DNA of 13,970 nucleotides from an uncultured archaeon (GCA_964493715.1 CAZBPC010000078.1:1-13970), one strand, 5' to 3'; positions 1 through 7,984 are shown, numbered from the stretch's first letter. The notes: a model not told the origin generated them from the sequence alone. Translations and numbers: made by a program.

Positions 1-326
1 GGGGTCATGATGAGATATTGTTCTCCAAGTCGAGCCATTGAACCCCCCTTTTCTCTCAAAAATATTTTTAGGTCTTCTATACCTCGTTTTAATTTTGTAA
101 CGTCCACACTCTTAAGGAGATCTTGCGTATTCACAATTAAAATCTTGCGGTTCATTAACTCCTTTTTGATTTGCTCAACTTGATCAAGAGAGGAAAAGTC
201 AAATTTCTTAATAATAAAGTTTTGTTTAAGTGTTGTAAGTTCATTTGAGAAACCCATAGTTTCTTCTGGTGATCTTAATAGATCATCCTCCACTTTTTTC
301 CAAAGTCTAGTCAATTCTCCTTTCAC
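1..326 (-). CDS. sepF: Cell division protein SepF, archaeal type (DUF552); runs off the window edge, 3' end missing
   Basis: Not in the ORF track. Manual translation from GTG at 326 (TTG at 314 is an alternative start): MKGELTRLWKKVEDDLLRSPEE...IKKFDFSSLDQVEQIKKELMNRKILIVNTQDLLKSVDVTKLKRGIEDLKIFLREKGGSMARLGEQYLIMTP. The pattern 'D...IK.EL....ILIVN...LKR.IE.LK......GG..ARLGE.YLI.TP' is typical of archaeal SepF. Confidence 0.85.
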   Translation of the reverse strand, partial: MKGELTRLWKKVEDDLLRSPEETMGFSNELTTLKQNFIIKKFDFSSLDQVEQIKKELMNRKILIVNTQDLLKSVDVTKLKRGIEDLKIFLREKGGSMARLGEQYLIMT

Positions 327-438
327 AACCTATTTTGTATCATTTCATATTTGTAATTTACTTTACAAATATTTAGGGCATGTGTATTATGTACACGATA
401 CGATATAAAATTGCGAATATTATCCTCGTATTAATTCT

Positions 439-502
439 TGATGATTATTGTTTAAAATTATATATATGCTTAGTTTCATATTAATGATCATATTAATCAT
501 CA
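439..502 (+). promoter_or_regulatory. Putative TATA-box promoter of the DUF35/thiolase operon with flanking repeats
   Basis: TTATATAT at 458-465; perfect 9-bp inverted repeat TGATGATTA (439-447) / TAATCATCA (494-502); direct repeat TCATATTAAT at 476-485 and 488-497. Confidence 0.45.
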
Positions 503-519
503 TAAAAAATGAAATCATA

Positions 520-981
520 ATGAGTGAAGAAAAAGTTATTGTTGCAAATAAGGGTCTTGTTCGGGCTGACTTTGCATTTTGGGTTGGTCAATATTTGGAC
601 AAATTCTATGATGGATTAGAAAATAAAAAGATCAGGGGAAATAAATGCTCAAAGTGTGGAGATGTGTTCGTTCCACCGAGAAAGATCTGTGGTAAGTGTA
701 ATGTAGTAATTCCATTAGAAGAAAATTGGGTTGATTTGCCCGAAACGGGAACTATCATGAATTTCACGACTACACCATATAGAGTTAATGATAGAAGCTC
801 GAGAAAGACAAAAGATTGGACAATTGGCATGATTCAGATTGATGGGAGCAATACTTCAATAATCTATAGATTATTGAATATGGAACCCGAAGATGTTAAA
901 ATTGGCATGAAAGTTAAAATCGAATGGAACGAAAATACGAAAGGAGACCCTTCGGATATCAAGGGTTTCACAAAAGTTTAG
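520..981 (+). CDS. DUF35-family Zn-ribbon/OB-fold protein (acyl-CoA-binding thiolase/aldolase partner)
   Basis: G.KCSKCG.VFVPPRKICGKC zinc ribbon followed by an OB fold (GTIMNFT...IQIDG...VKIGMKVKIEW). Start moved to ATG 520 (MSEEK); the 24 extra residues from 448 translate the AT-rich promoter region. Confidence 0.92.
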   Translation: MSEEKVIVANKGLVRADFAFWVGQYLDKFYDGLENKKIRGNKCSKCGDVFVPPRKICGKCNVVIPLEENWVDLPETGTIMNFTTTPYRVNDRSSRKTKDWTIGMIQIDGSNTSIIYRLLNMEPEDVKIGMKVKIEWNENTKGDPSDIKGFTKV

Positions 982-994
982 GAGGTGCGTAAGA

Positions 995-2134
995 ATGCAA
1001 AAAGTAGGAATAGTAGGGTATTATCAAGTAAAATTATATTCAGATGCGAATTATGGACGCTATGAAATGATATTTGAGGCATCTCGAGGTGCTTTAGATA
1101 AAGCTGGTCTTAAAAAGAAAGATATTTCGACAGTAATCTCGTGTACTAATGATTATTATGACGGTCGTACCATATCTAACTGCTTCACGGTTGAAGTTGG
1201 AGGTGGCTACATGGCTGATGAGAGTAAGGTTGAAATGGATGGTGCACATGCTGTATTATATGGGTTAATGCGAGTTCTTTCTGGAAACCATAATTTAGCA
1301 GTAGTTTGGGGCGGTAGCATGCCATCTTGTTATCCTTATCATACTGTGAGACTTTATGAGACAGATCCAACTTGGGAACGTTCTCTAGCATACGTCAATG
1401 ATATTACTTCAGCTGGTTTTCAGATGAGGGCGTATATGGAAAAATATGGAGTGACTGCTGAAGAGATTGCTAAAGTAGCAGTAAAGAACAAGAAAAATGC
1501 TGCTAAAAACCCATTAGCACTTAAAGAAGCTCAATTGGCAAATTTAACAATTAAAGATGTTTTAGATTCAGGAACATACGCTGATCCAGTCACTGAATTG
1601 ATGGTAGCTCCCCCTTGTGATGGAGTAGCAGCATTATTGTTAGCACCTGAAAAACAAGCGTTAAAGATCACTGATAAACCCGTTTGGATAACAGGCGTTG
1701 GATATAACCAAGATCCTTATTATCTTGGAGATCGGGACTTATCTGGATGCAAATCAATGAACTTAGCAGCAAAGATGGCATATGGTGGTGCTGGTATTAC
1801 TGATCCATATTCAGAAATTGATGTGGCGGAATTATTTGAATCTTATGCCCATGAAGAATTAATTTTCGCAGAAGAATTAGGTTTTGCTGATAAGGGAAAA
1901 GGAGCTGAAATTAATTCGGTAATAAATGGAGATTTAGCCATCAATCCTTCTGGAGGTGCCCTTGGTGGAAATCCTCCCTGTGCAACTGGTTTAATCCGCG
2001 TCATTGAAGCGGTTAAGCAATTAACGGGTGAGGCTGGGCAATATCAAGTTAAAGGAGCTAAAAGAGCTGTAGCATCGGGGCAAATAGGAATGTGTGCCCA
2101 AAATAATATATTATATGTATTGGAGGGGAATTAA
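995..2134 (+). CDS. Thiolase-fold (SCP-x type) protein, Ltp4-like, lacking the nucleophilic Cys
   Basis: RBS GGAGGTG at 981-987. Thiolase-fold motifs PPCDGVAA, IDVAEL, INPSGG, ATGLIR..EA..QL.GEAG. 'DYYDGRTIS...ESKVEMDGA' resembles actinobacterial Ltp4 (recalled as DYLAGRAFS...ESHVEMD.A). Confidence 0.88.
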   Translation: MQKVGIVGYYQVKLYSDANYGRYEMIFEASRGALDKAGLKKKDISTVISCTNDYYDGRTISNCFTVEVGGGYMADESKVEMDGAHAVLYGLMRVLSGNHNLAVVWGGSMPSCYPYHTVRLYETDPTWERSLAYVNDITSAGFQMRAYMEKYGVTAEEIAKVAVKNKKNAAKNPLALKEAQLANLTIKDVLDSGTYADPVTELMVAPPCDGVAALLLAPEKQALKITDKPVWITGVGYNQDPYYLGDRDLSGCKSMNLAAKMAYGGAGITDPYSEIDVAELFESYAHEELIFAEELGFADKGKGAEINSVINGDLAINPSGGALGGNPPCATGLIRVIEAVKQLTGEAGQYQVKGAKRAVASGQIGMCAQNNILYVLEGN

Positions 2135-2135
2135 A

Positions 2136-3383
2136 ATGGGAAGACAAGTAGCAATAGCTTCTGCTGGATTTAGTGAACATGCTTCAAAGCGTTCCGACGT
2201 GAGTATGCCTGAATTAGTTAGCGAAGCAATAGAGGATTGTTTGAAAAATGCTCCAAGTGTAGAACTTGGTGATATTGATGCATTTGTTAATGGAAATATG
2301 CCCGCTTTTGAGGGATCAAATATACCTGAATTATGGATGACCGATTGGATGGGTGCAAGAAATAAACCTTTATTACGAGTAACAACTGGTGGGACTACCG
2401 GTGGAACAGTTGCAATATCCGGCTATTATACTGTAGCTGCGGGATTACCCGGAGTTGACACGGTTTTGGCAGTAGCATTTGAACAGCAATCTCAAGGAGA
2501 TACCAGCGTTGGTTTAGCTAGCGTCGCTTATGGAGAAATTTCTATTCTCAACACGCTTGGAATTCCATACGATCAAATATCACGTTTGCTTTCAGCAGGA
2601 GCGGCTATTGGAGTAGCAGCTTACCAAGCAACGACCTATATGAATAAAACCAAAATTAAAGAAGAGGATTTAGCAAGAGTAGTTGTTCAAAATAGACGTA
2701 ATGCTGCAAAAACGTGGTGGGCACATTTAAAGATGCCTAATCTTACAATAGAAGAAGTTTTAGATACGCCATATGTTCAATACCCTTTACGATATGGAAT
2801 GGTATGTCCGGCAAGCGATGGAGTATGTGCCATGTTATTTACAACAGAAGAAAAGGCTAAAAATATGTGTGATATACCCGTATATGTTAATGGAGTCGCA
2901 AGTGTGGCTAATGAATCAGCAGTTTTAGGCTATGATGGTAGCGGTTCAGCTCAAGTTGATCCTTCAATGCAACTCGGAGCGATTAGATCCTCTGAGTTAG
3001 CTTATAAACAAGCCGGAATTTCTTTTCCAAGAAAAGAAATTGATTATGCTGAGGTATACGCACCTTTTCCGAATCAACAACTACTTTGGACAGAGAAACT
3101 CGGACTTTTCGAAGAAGGAACTGCTCCAGCAATGCATGAGGCTGGAGTAACAGATTTTAATGGCGAATTACCTGTGAATTGTTCGGGAGGTGTAAATGCA
3201 ACAAATGCAATTGGAGCATCTGCTATGGAAAGACCCGCAGAGGCAGCACTCCAAATAATGGGAAAAGCCAGTAATCAAGTGCCAAAAACGGTCCATACCG
3301 CAATCGGATCTGGATGGGGTGGTTCATTAAATCTCATAACTTTAATGGCTATGTCAGATCAGCCAAAAAGGCAATGGAGGTAG
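2136..3383 (+). CDS. Thiolase-fold (SCP-x type) protein, Ltp3-like, lacking the nucleophilic Cys
   Basis: Start moved to ATG 2136 (MGRQVAI), 1 nt after the upstream stop, with GGAGG at 2122-2126. 'KRSDVSMPELV.EAI...FEG..IPELWMTD.MGA.NKPLLRV.TGG..GG' and 'AEVYAPF...VNCSGGV..TNAIGAS' closely resemble actinobacterial Ltp3. Confidence 0.88.
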   Translation: MGRQVAIASAGFSEHASKRSDVSMPELVSEAIEDCLKNAPSVELGDIDAFVNGNMPAFEGSNIPELWMTDWMGARNKPLLRVTTGGTTGGTVAISGYYTVAAGLPGVDTVLAVAFEQQSQGDTSVGLASVAYGEISILNTLGIPYDQISRLLSAGAAIGVAAYQATTYMNKTKIKEEDLARVVVQNRRNAAKTWWAHLKMPNLTIEEVLDTPYVQYPLRYGMVCPASDGVCAMLFTTEEKAKNMCDIPVYVNGVASVANESAVLGYDGSGSAQVDPSMQLGAIRSSELAYKQAGISFPRKEIDYAEVYAPFPNQQLLWTEKLGLFEEGTAPAMHEAGVTDFNGELPVNCSGGVNATNAIGASAMERPAEAALQIMGKASNQVPKTVHTAIGSGWGGSLNLITLMAMSDQPKRQWR

Positions 3384-3389
3384 AGAAAA

Positions 3390-3917
3390 TTGTCAAAAAT
3401 GACTCAAAGGAAATCCTTAGATTATGTCAAGAAAGATTATATAAGAACTCGCACATTACCAGGAAGTTGGTATTTATCGAGTTACAAATACAAGTTTAAT
3501 ATTACACACATGAAACCTTTTTTAGAGAAATTAAAGGAGAAAAAACTTATAGCAAATCAATGTTCTTCCTGCAATAGGGTGTTTTATCCACCTCGATTTG
3601 TTTGCGGGAAATGTCTTGTTAAACCTGATAAATGGGTTGACATCAGAAATACTGCAAGCGTGTCAACATATGCAATTTCATATTTGAAAGATCCAGAAAC
3701 TGGAGAAGTTCAGCAAAGACCCATGGTATTAGTTCATCATGACGGAGCTGATACTGCAAGCATAGCTGAATTAAGCCCTGATTTAGATGTGAAAGATACT
3801 TATGTAGGAATGCCCATCATAGCTCATTGGAGAGATGAAAGAACTGGTGGATTAATGGATATTGAATATTATGATAAGTTTGACGATGATTCAGATGATC
3901 TTAGAAATAACGATTAA
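3390..3917 (+). CDS. Second DUF35-family Zn-ribbon/OB-fold protein
   Basis: TTG start with GGAGGT at 3376-3381 (ATG 3399 is an alternative). CSSCNRVFYPPRFVCGKC zinc ribbon; OB fold with ..DGAD...VGMP..A.W...RTG...DI.YY. Confidence 0.92.
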   Translation: MSKMTQRKSLDYVKKDYIRTRTLPGSWYLSSYKYKFNITHMKPFLEKLKEKKLIANQCSSCNRVFYPPRFVCGKCLVKPDKWVDIRNTASVSTYAISYLKDPETGEVQQRPMVLVHHDGADTASIAELSPDLDVKDTYVGMPIIAHWRDERTGGLMDIEYYDKFDDDSDDLRNND

Positions 3918-3924
3918 TAAGTCA

Positions 3925-3980
3925 ATTTTTTAGTTAATTTATAACTTTTTTTTTACTTTTTTAAAAATAAAAAATATAAA
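3925..3980. terminator. Probable bidirectional oligo-T terminator region between two convergent operons
   Basis: T-tracts on + (about 3926-3962) immediately followed by A-tracts (T-tracts on -), between the stops at 3917 and 4000. Confidence 0.55.
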
Positions 3981-3999
3981 AATATTTTAATTTGGAAAT

Positions 4000-4803
4000 T
4001 TAACCTCGATAATCGAGTAATATAACAGCATCAACGGTTAACTCGTAGTTCTCGTCTTCGTCATTGTCATGGATTAAAACTTTTTCCACTTCATCCAACT
4101 GTCCGATTATTTCTAAAAGGTCTGATTGCTGAAGTATTTTGACTTCTGATTGCTTCAATTTCATTCTCAATTCAACCGATCCAGGTATAGATTTTGCGGA
4201 GGTCAACAAAATAACTCTATTTGTAACTTCTGTCAACTTTAAAGCGAATTCTAAAGATTCATCACCCGCGTCAAGAATTAAAATTCTTTTATCTTTTAAA
4301 TCCTCAAGATTTGTGGGAATTTCCTTATAAACTCCCTTCCCAACGAACTTTTCGACTCCCAAGATGAGTTGCGTGTCTAACTGACAAGATGTGGTTATTT
4401 CCACTTCAGGTTCAGCTCCTGTACGATAATTATCTATTGCAGCTTTCAATGCATCTGCTGCTAAATTGGAACAATGCATTTTAATGGGAGGCAATCCGTC
4501 TAATTCTTCGGCTACATCCTTACGAGTAATCTCGTACGCCTTATCGAGAGTCATTCCTTTTGCCATTTCAGTAACCATTGATGATGTAGATACTGCTGAG
4601 CCGCAACCAAATGTTTTAAACTTAATATCATCTATTATTTCTTCTCCCTTGTCATTTTTTCCAACTTTAATGTAGATCCACATCAAATCTCCACAAACAG
4701 GATTCCCAACTTTTCCAACTCCATCTGCATCTTCAATTTCTCCAACATTTCTTGGGTTTCTAAAATGGTCCAATACCTTTTCTGAATAACTTGTTGATTT
4801 CAT
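4000..4803 (-). CDS. iscU: IscU/NifU_N Fe-S scaffold fused to a C-terminal degenerate thioredoxin-reductase-like NAD(P)-binding domain
   Basis: YSEKVLDHFRNPRNVG, GNPVC37GD39, FKTFGC67GSA and LPPIKMH110C111S form a complete IscU motif set. Residues ~147-267 (GVEKFVGKGV...KDKRILILDAGDESLEFALKL...VILL...VDAVIL) follow the TrxB NADPH domain. RBS GGAGAAGGTGA. Confidence 0.93.
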   Translation of the reverse strand: MKSTSYSEKVLDHFRNPRNVGEIEDADGVGKVGNPVCGDLMWIYIKVGKNDKGEEIIDDIKFKTFGCGSAVSTSSMVTEMAKGMTLDKAYEITRKDVAEELDGLPPIKMHCSNLAADALKAAIDNYRTGAEPEVEITTSCQLDTQLILGVEKFVGKGVYKEIPTNLEDLKDKRILILDAGDESLEFALKLTEVTNRVILLTSAKSIPGSVELRMKLKQSEVKILQQSDLLEIIGQLDEVEKVLIHDNDEDENYELTVDAVILLDYRG

Positions 4804-4822
4804 TTATTTATTCACCTTCTCC

Positions 4823-6004
4823 TTATTTATATTCTTTTAAAAATTCTGGTGGTGTCAATGGAGATAATTTTCTTAACCTTTTAACAACACCGGGTAAAAC
4901 TCCAATTGCTCTATCAATATCAGATTCTTTTGTAAATCTTCCTAAAGAAAAGAGTAAACTACCATGAGCTTCTTCATGTAATAATCCCATGGCTAGTAAT
5001 GTATGAGACGCTTCTAATGTTTTAGATGAGCATGCAGACCCAGTAGCACCACTAACATTTTCATCTCTCAAAGATAAGATTAAAGATTCACCTTCGATAT
5101 AATCAAATCTGAAGTGAGCATTATTAGGTAGACGTTTTTCTGGATGTCCATTTAAATGTGACTTAGGAATTGTCTCAAGCACGCCTGAAATTAACTTATC
5201 TCGTAATTTTTTTAAACTGGAAGCTTCTTCATTTATGACAGATTTCATGATTTCAGCAGCTTTTGCAAACCCTACTATACCAGTTATATTCTCAGAACCG
5301 GATCTCATGCCTTTCTCTTGACCACCCCCGATCATAATTGGATTGATACGCACTCCTTTTTTTAAGTATAAAGCCCCAACTCCTCTTGGACCATAAATAT
5401 CATTTGATGAAAACGTGATTAAATCAATCGGGATCTTTTGAACATCTATGGGAATAACCGCTTCACTCGCCACCGCATCTGTGTGGAATAAAATTTTCTT
5501 TTCATTAGCGATTTGAGCTATTTCTTTAATGGGTTGCAATGAACCAACTTCATTACTAGCTGTAGAAATAGATATTAAAGTTGTTTTATCTGTAATCAGT
5601 TTTTTTAATATATCGAGCTTAATTATTCCATATTGATCAACAGGAACTCTACTAACTGCAAAACCTTGTTGCTCTAAATATTTGCCAATATTTAATATTG
5701 AAATGTGCTCTATCTCAGATATGATGATATGATCTCCTTTACGCTTATTTTTTAATGCTGAACCTATTAGCGCCATGTTGTTTGATTCTGTTGCTCCAGA
5801 AGTGAATAAAATATCTTCTGCATCGGGTGCATTTATAAAGTCTGCAACTTTTTTACGAGACTGACTTAAGATTTCTGTAGCAACATCTCCGTGTCCGTGA
5901 AGTGATGCTGGATTAGCAAAATCTTTATTAAAATAAGGTAACATCTCTTTAACTACTCTTTCATCAACCGGTTTTGCCGCTTGATAATCCAAATATACAC
6001 TCAT
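4823..6004 (-). CDS. iscS: IscS/NifS-family (class V aminotransferase fold) cysteine-desulfurase-like protein with PLP Lys replaced by Asp
   Basis: YLDY..A.P, FANPASLH, FTSGATESNN, IEH, HTDAV, GGGQEKGMRSGSEN and TGSAC325SS are present. The canonical SGHKIYGPKG reads SSND202IYGPRG (GAT codon at 5399-5401). Confidence 0.93.
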   Translation of the reverse strand: MSVYLDYQAAKPVDERVVKEMLPYFNKDFANPASLHGHGDVATEILSQSRKKVADFINAPDAEDILFTSGATESNNMALIGSALKNKRKGDHIIISEIEHISILNIGKYLEQQGFAVSRVPVDQYGIIKLDILKKLITDKTTLISISTASNEVGSLQPIKEIAQIANEKKILFHTDAVASEAVIPIDVQKIPIDLITFSSNDIYGPRGVGALYLKKGVRINPIMIGGGQEKGMRSGSENITGIVGFAKAAEIMKSVINEEASSLKKLRDKLISGVLETIPKSHLNGHPEKRLPNNAHFRFDYIEGESLILSLRDENVSGATGSACSSKTLEASHTLLAMGLLHEEAHGSLLFSLGRFTKESDIDRAIGVLPGVVKRLRKLSPLTPPEFLKEYK

Positions 6005-6037
6005 CTTTATATCTCCCCTTTCTCTTAATATAATAAG

Positions 6038-6400
6038 CTAGAACCACATGGTTGCATCTGCCTCTAACACAAGATCATTCAATGTAGCTGCCCCTACAAT
6101 CTTAAGATTAGGGATCAATTCTACTTTATCCCAACCTAACATTCTTTTTGAGGCTTCGCATACATAAAATGTTACACCCATTTTTAATGCTTTATCGATC
6201 ATCTCTCGAACGCTCGGAAAACTTCCTAGTTTAATTTTTTCCGCTTCACCTGGTTTTAATACTTTCAAACTAGTTCCTAAATAATAAACAATCGCATTTA
6301 TATCCATTGCTTTAGCAGATTGAGCCAATACTAAAGGTGAATACTGGCGTTCTGGTTCGTGGCTTGTTTGAACATACAATATGGTTTTTTCTTCACTCAT
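6038..6400 (-). CDS. DsrE/DsrF/TusD-family sulfur relay protein
   Basis: 120 aa; A...GVTFYVC81EAS motif with the conserved Cys; ends GAATL..L..EAD....F; lies between tusA and iscS. Confidence 0.85.
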   Translation of the reverse strand: MSEEKTILYVQTSHEPERQYSPLVLAQSAKAMDINAIVYYLGTSLKVLKPGEAEKIKLGSFPSVREMIDKALKMGVTFYVCEASKRMLGWDKVELIPNLKIVGAATLNDLVLEADATMWF

Positions 6401-6412
6401 TTTTTACCACCA

Positions 6413-6661
6413 TTATTTTTTTTTTCTGAAAATAAAAGTTAAAAGATCATCTTCCTTCTTAAAATCCAAGACCTCTGTCTCAGTACGCTTTGCCCAGCGC
6501 AGTAAATCTTCTTCAGCGGCAGGATCATCAGCAAGAACTTTAAAGCATTGACCTATCTCAATAGATTCACTCATCTCTCTTACTTCGAATAAGGGTTCAG
6601 GACAAAATAAACCCGTTGTATCCAATTCTTTTATAATATCAAAATCTTTTTTTTCTGTCAT
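6413..6661 (-). CDS. tusA: TusA/SirA-family sulfur carrier
   Basis: LDTTGLFC20PEP (CPxP) and VLADDPAAEEDL..W motifs; 82 aa; RBS AGGTGGT upstream. Confidence 0.93.
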   Translation of the reverse strand: MTEKKDFDIIKELDTTGLFCPEPLFEVREMSESIEIGQCFKVLADDPAAEEDLLRWAKRTETEVLDFKKEDDLLTFIFRKKK

Positions 6662-6898
6662 GTCAAAACCACCTTTTTATAATAATTATTTGGATTTTAT
6701 ATTGGATAGTTTATATTATTACTTTTAACATCTAATATACTACTAGATAAAATGCTGTAAATAACTTCTCATTATAATTTAGTGATAAATTACATTGATG
6801 AGAAAATCCCAGAAAACAAAGATTAAAGCATCATTATAATTTATAAATTAGGTTTTATTCAATAATCTTCCTATTTTAGTATTTGATTAAAAAATTAA

Positions 6899-7984
6899 TC
6901 AAAAAAGGAATGGCTCACTGACTCCAAAATAGTTTTCAATAACTCTTAATATTTCATCTTTAGTACCAATGTACCCACATAATTGATGAGTAGCCTTTCC
7001 ATGTGAAGTATTATCTATTGTCTTAAATGGATTTAATTGAAGTTCTAATTCACCATAACGTAAAGAGGGCTTATTTGGAGATTCAGAATTATACGATTGG
7101 ATCACTCCAATTTCACTGTCAGGGTGATCTCTGGAAATATCAAAACAATCTTCCTGTTTCTTTGGAACATCATTGGACAGCTTGACGATGAAGCCAAATT
7201 CTTCAGTATTGGGGATTTTAATTACATACCCAATTTTTGGATATTTTTTAAAATCAATATCTTCAGGTCTAATTGCTAATTTATAGATATCATCTACATC
7301 GATTTTGAATGACACATGATCTGGGGCCTGTTTTATTCTATCCTCAGGAATGATTCTGAAATATGATAAAGGCTTACTATCAGATCTTGTTGGTATTATC
7401 ACAGTTCCAGGATTTTCTCGACCACCGCTAATTACGCATGCTAATGACCATCCATTTGCTTCAATGTTTGGTTGAAAAATTACACAATCATCGATGTATT
7501 CAATCCCACAGTAATCTGAAATACCTGTATTAATTGGTTCCTTAATAAGTTTGAACTGGCGAGTTATTTCACCTCGGAGAAACACTTTAGATATGTAATT
7601 ATTGAAAGCAATTGGTGATGAAATGGTACAAGATTTCACATCCTCTGCTAATATTTCATAATTCGCGGGATCTAACCCTTCTTGACATTTCCAGTTTTCG
7701 AAACTTTCGGGTCTTTCATAAAAAAAAGTTTTCTCAGGACTAATCCAATACCTATCTCCACCAATATCCCAAGATCTTGATTTGATATTCTCCGTTATAT
7801 TTGGGTTGATCCATAGAAGGTTATAAGAGTCATTTCTTGGAAATAATCCTAACACGCGCCCCCCATAATCTGAAATCAGAGCAGAACTATTCTCACTCAT
7901 AGATAATTCACAATACTGAAGGTGTTTATTTATGGAGTTAATTAAAGCTTCTTTTGTATAATAATTCATATTTAAATCAACCAT
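6899..7984 (-). CDS. Hypothetical protein, DUF6786-like (probable galactose-mutarotase-like beta-sandwich)
   Basis: Long ORF (361 aa; ATG 7969 is an alternative start). GGRVLG..., WINP, GGDRYWISPE and QSYN...YGELE resemble the DUF6786 family as recalled; not verified by search. Confidence 0.6.
   Translation of the reverse strand: MVDLNMNYYTKEALINSINKHLQYCELSMSENSSALISDYGGRVLGLFPRNDSYNLLWINPNITENIKSRSWDIGGDRYWISPEKTFFYERPESFENWKCQEGLDPANYEILAEDVKSCTISSPIAFNNYISKVFLRGEITRQFKLIKEPINTGISDYCGIEYIDDCVIFQPNIEANGWSLACVISGGRENPGTVIIPTRSDSKPLSYFRIIPEDRIKQAPDHVSFKIDVDDIYKLAIRPEDIDFKKYPKIGYVIKIPNTEEFGFIVKLSNDVPKKQEDCFDISRDHPDSEIGVIQSYNSESPNKPSLRYGELELQLNPFKTIDNTSHGKATHQLCGYIGTKDEILRVIENYFGVSEPFLF

Noticed and set aside
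448-519. N-terminal extension MFKIIYMLSFILMIILIIIK... of the first DUF35 ORF, resembling a signal or TM segment
   Set aside because: It is a translation of the AT-rich promoter and contains the TATA box; DUF35 proteins are cytoplasmic and ATG 520 gives a normal length.
2094-2135. Upstream start of the second thiolase-fold ORF
   Set aside because: Overlaps the previous gene; ATG 2136 has a GGAGG RBS and matches the family N-terminus.
606-4675. Short ORFs 606-830, 1185-1391, 3314-3499, 4139-4330 and 4466-4675
   Set aside because: Antisense or out-of-frame shadows of well-supported genes, with no motifs.
6038-6661. Possible selenoprotein recoding in the DsrE or TusA genes
   Set aside because: Both are full length with Cys at the active positions and have no in-frame TGA.
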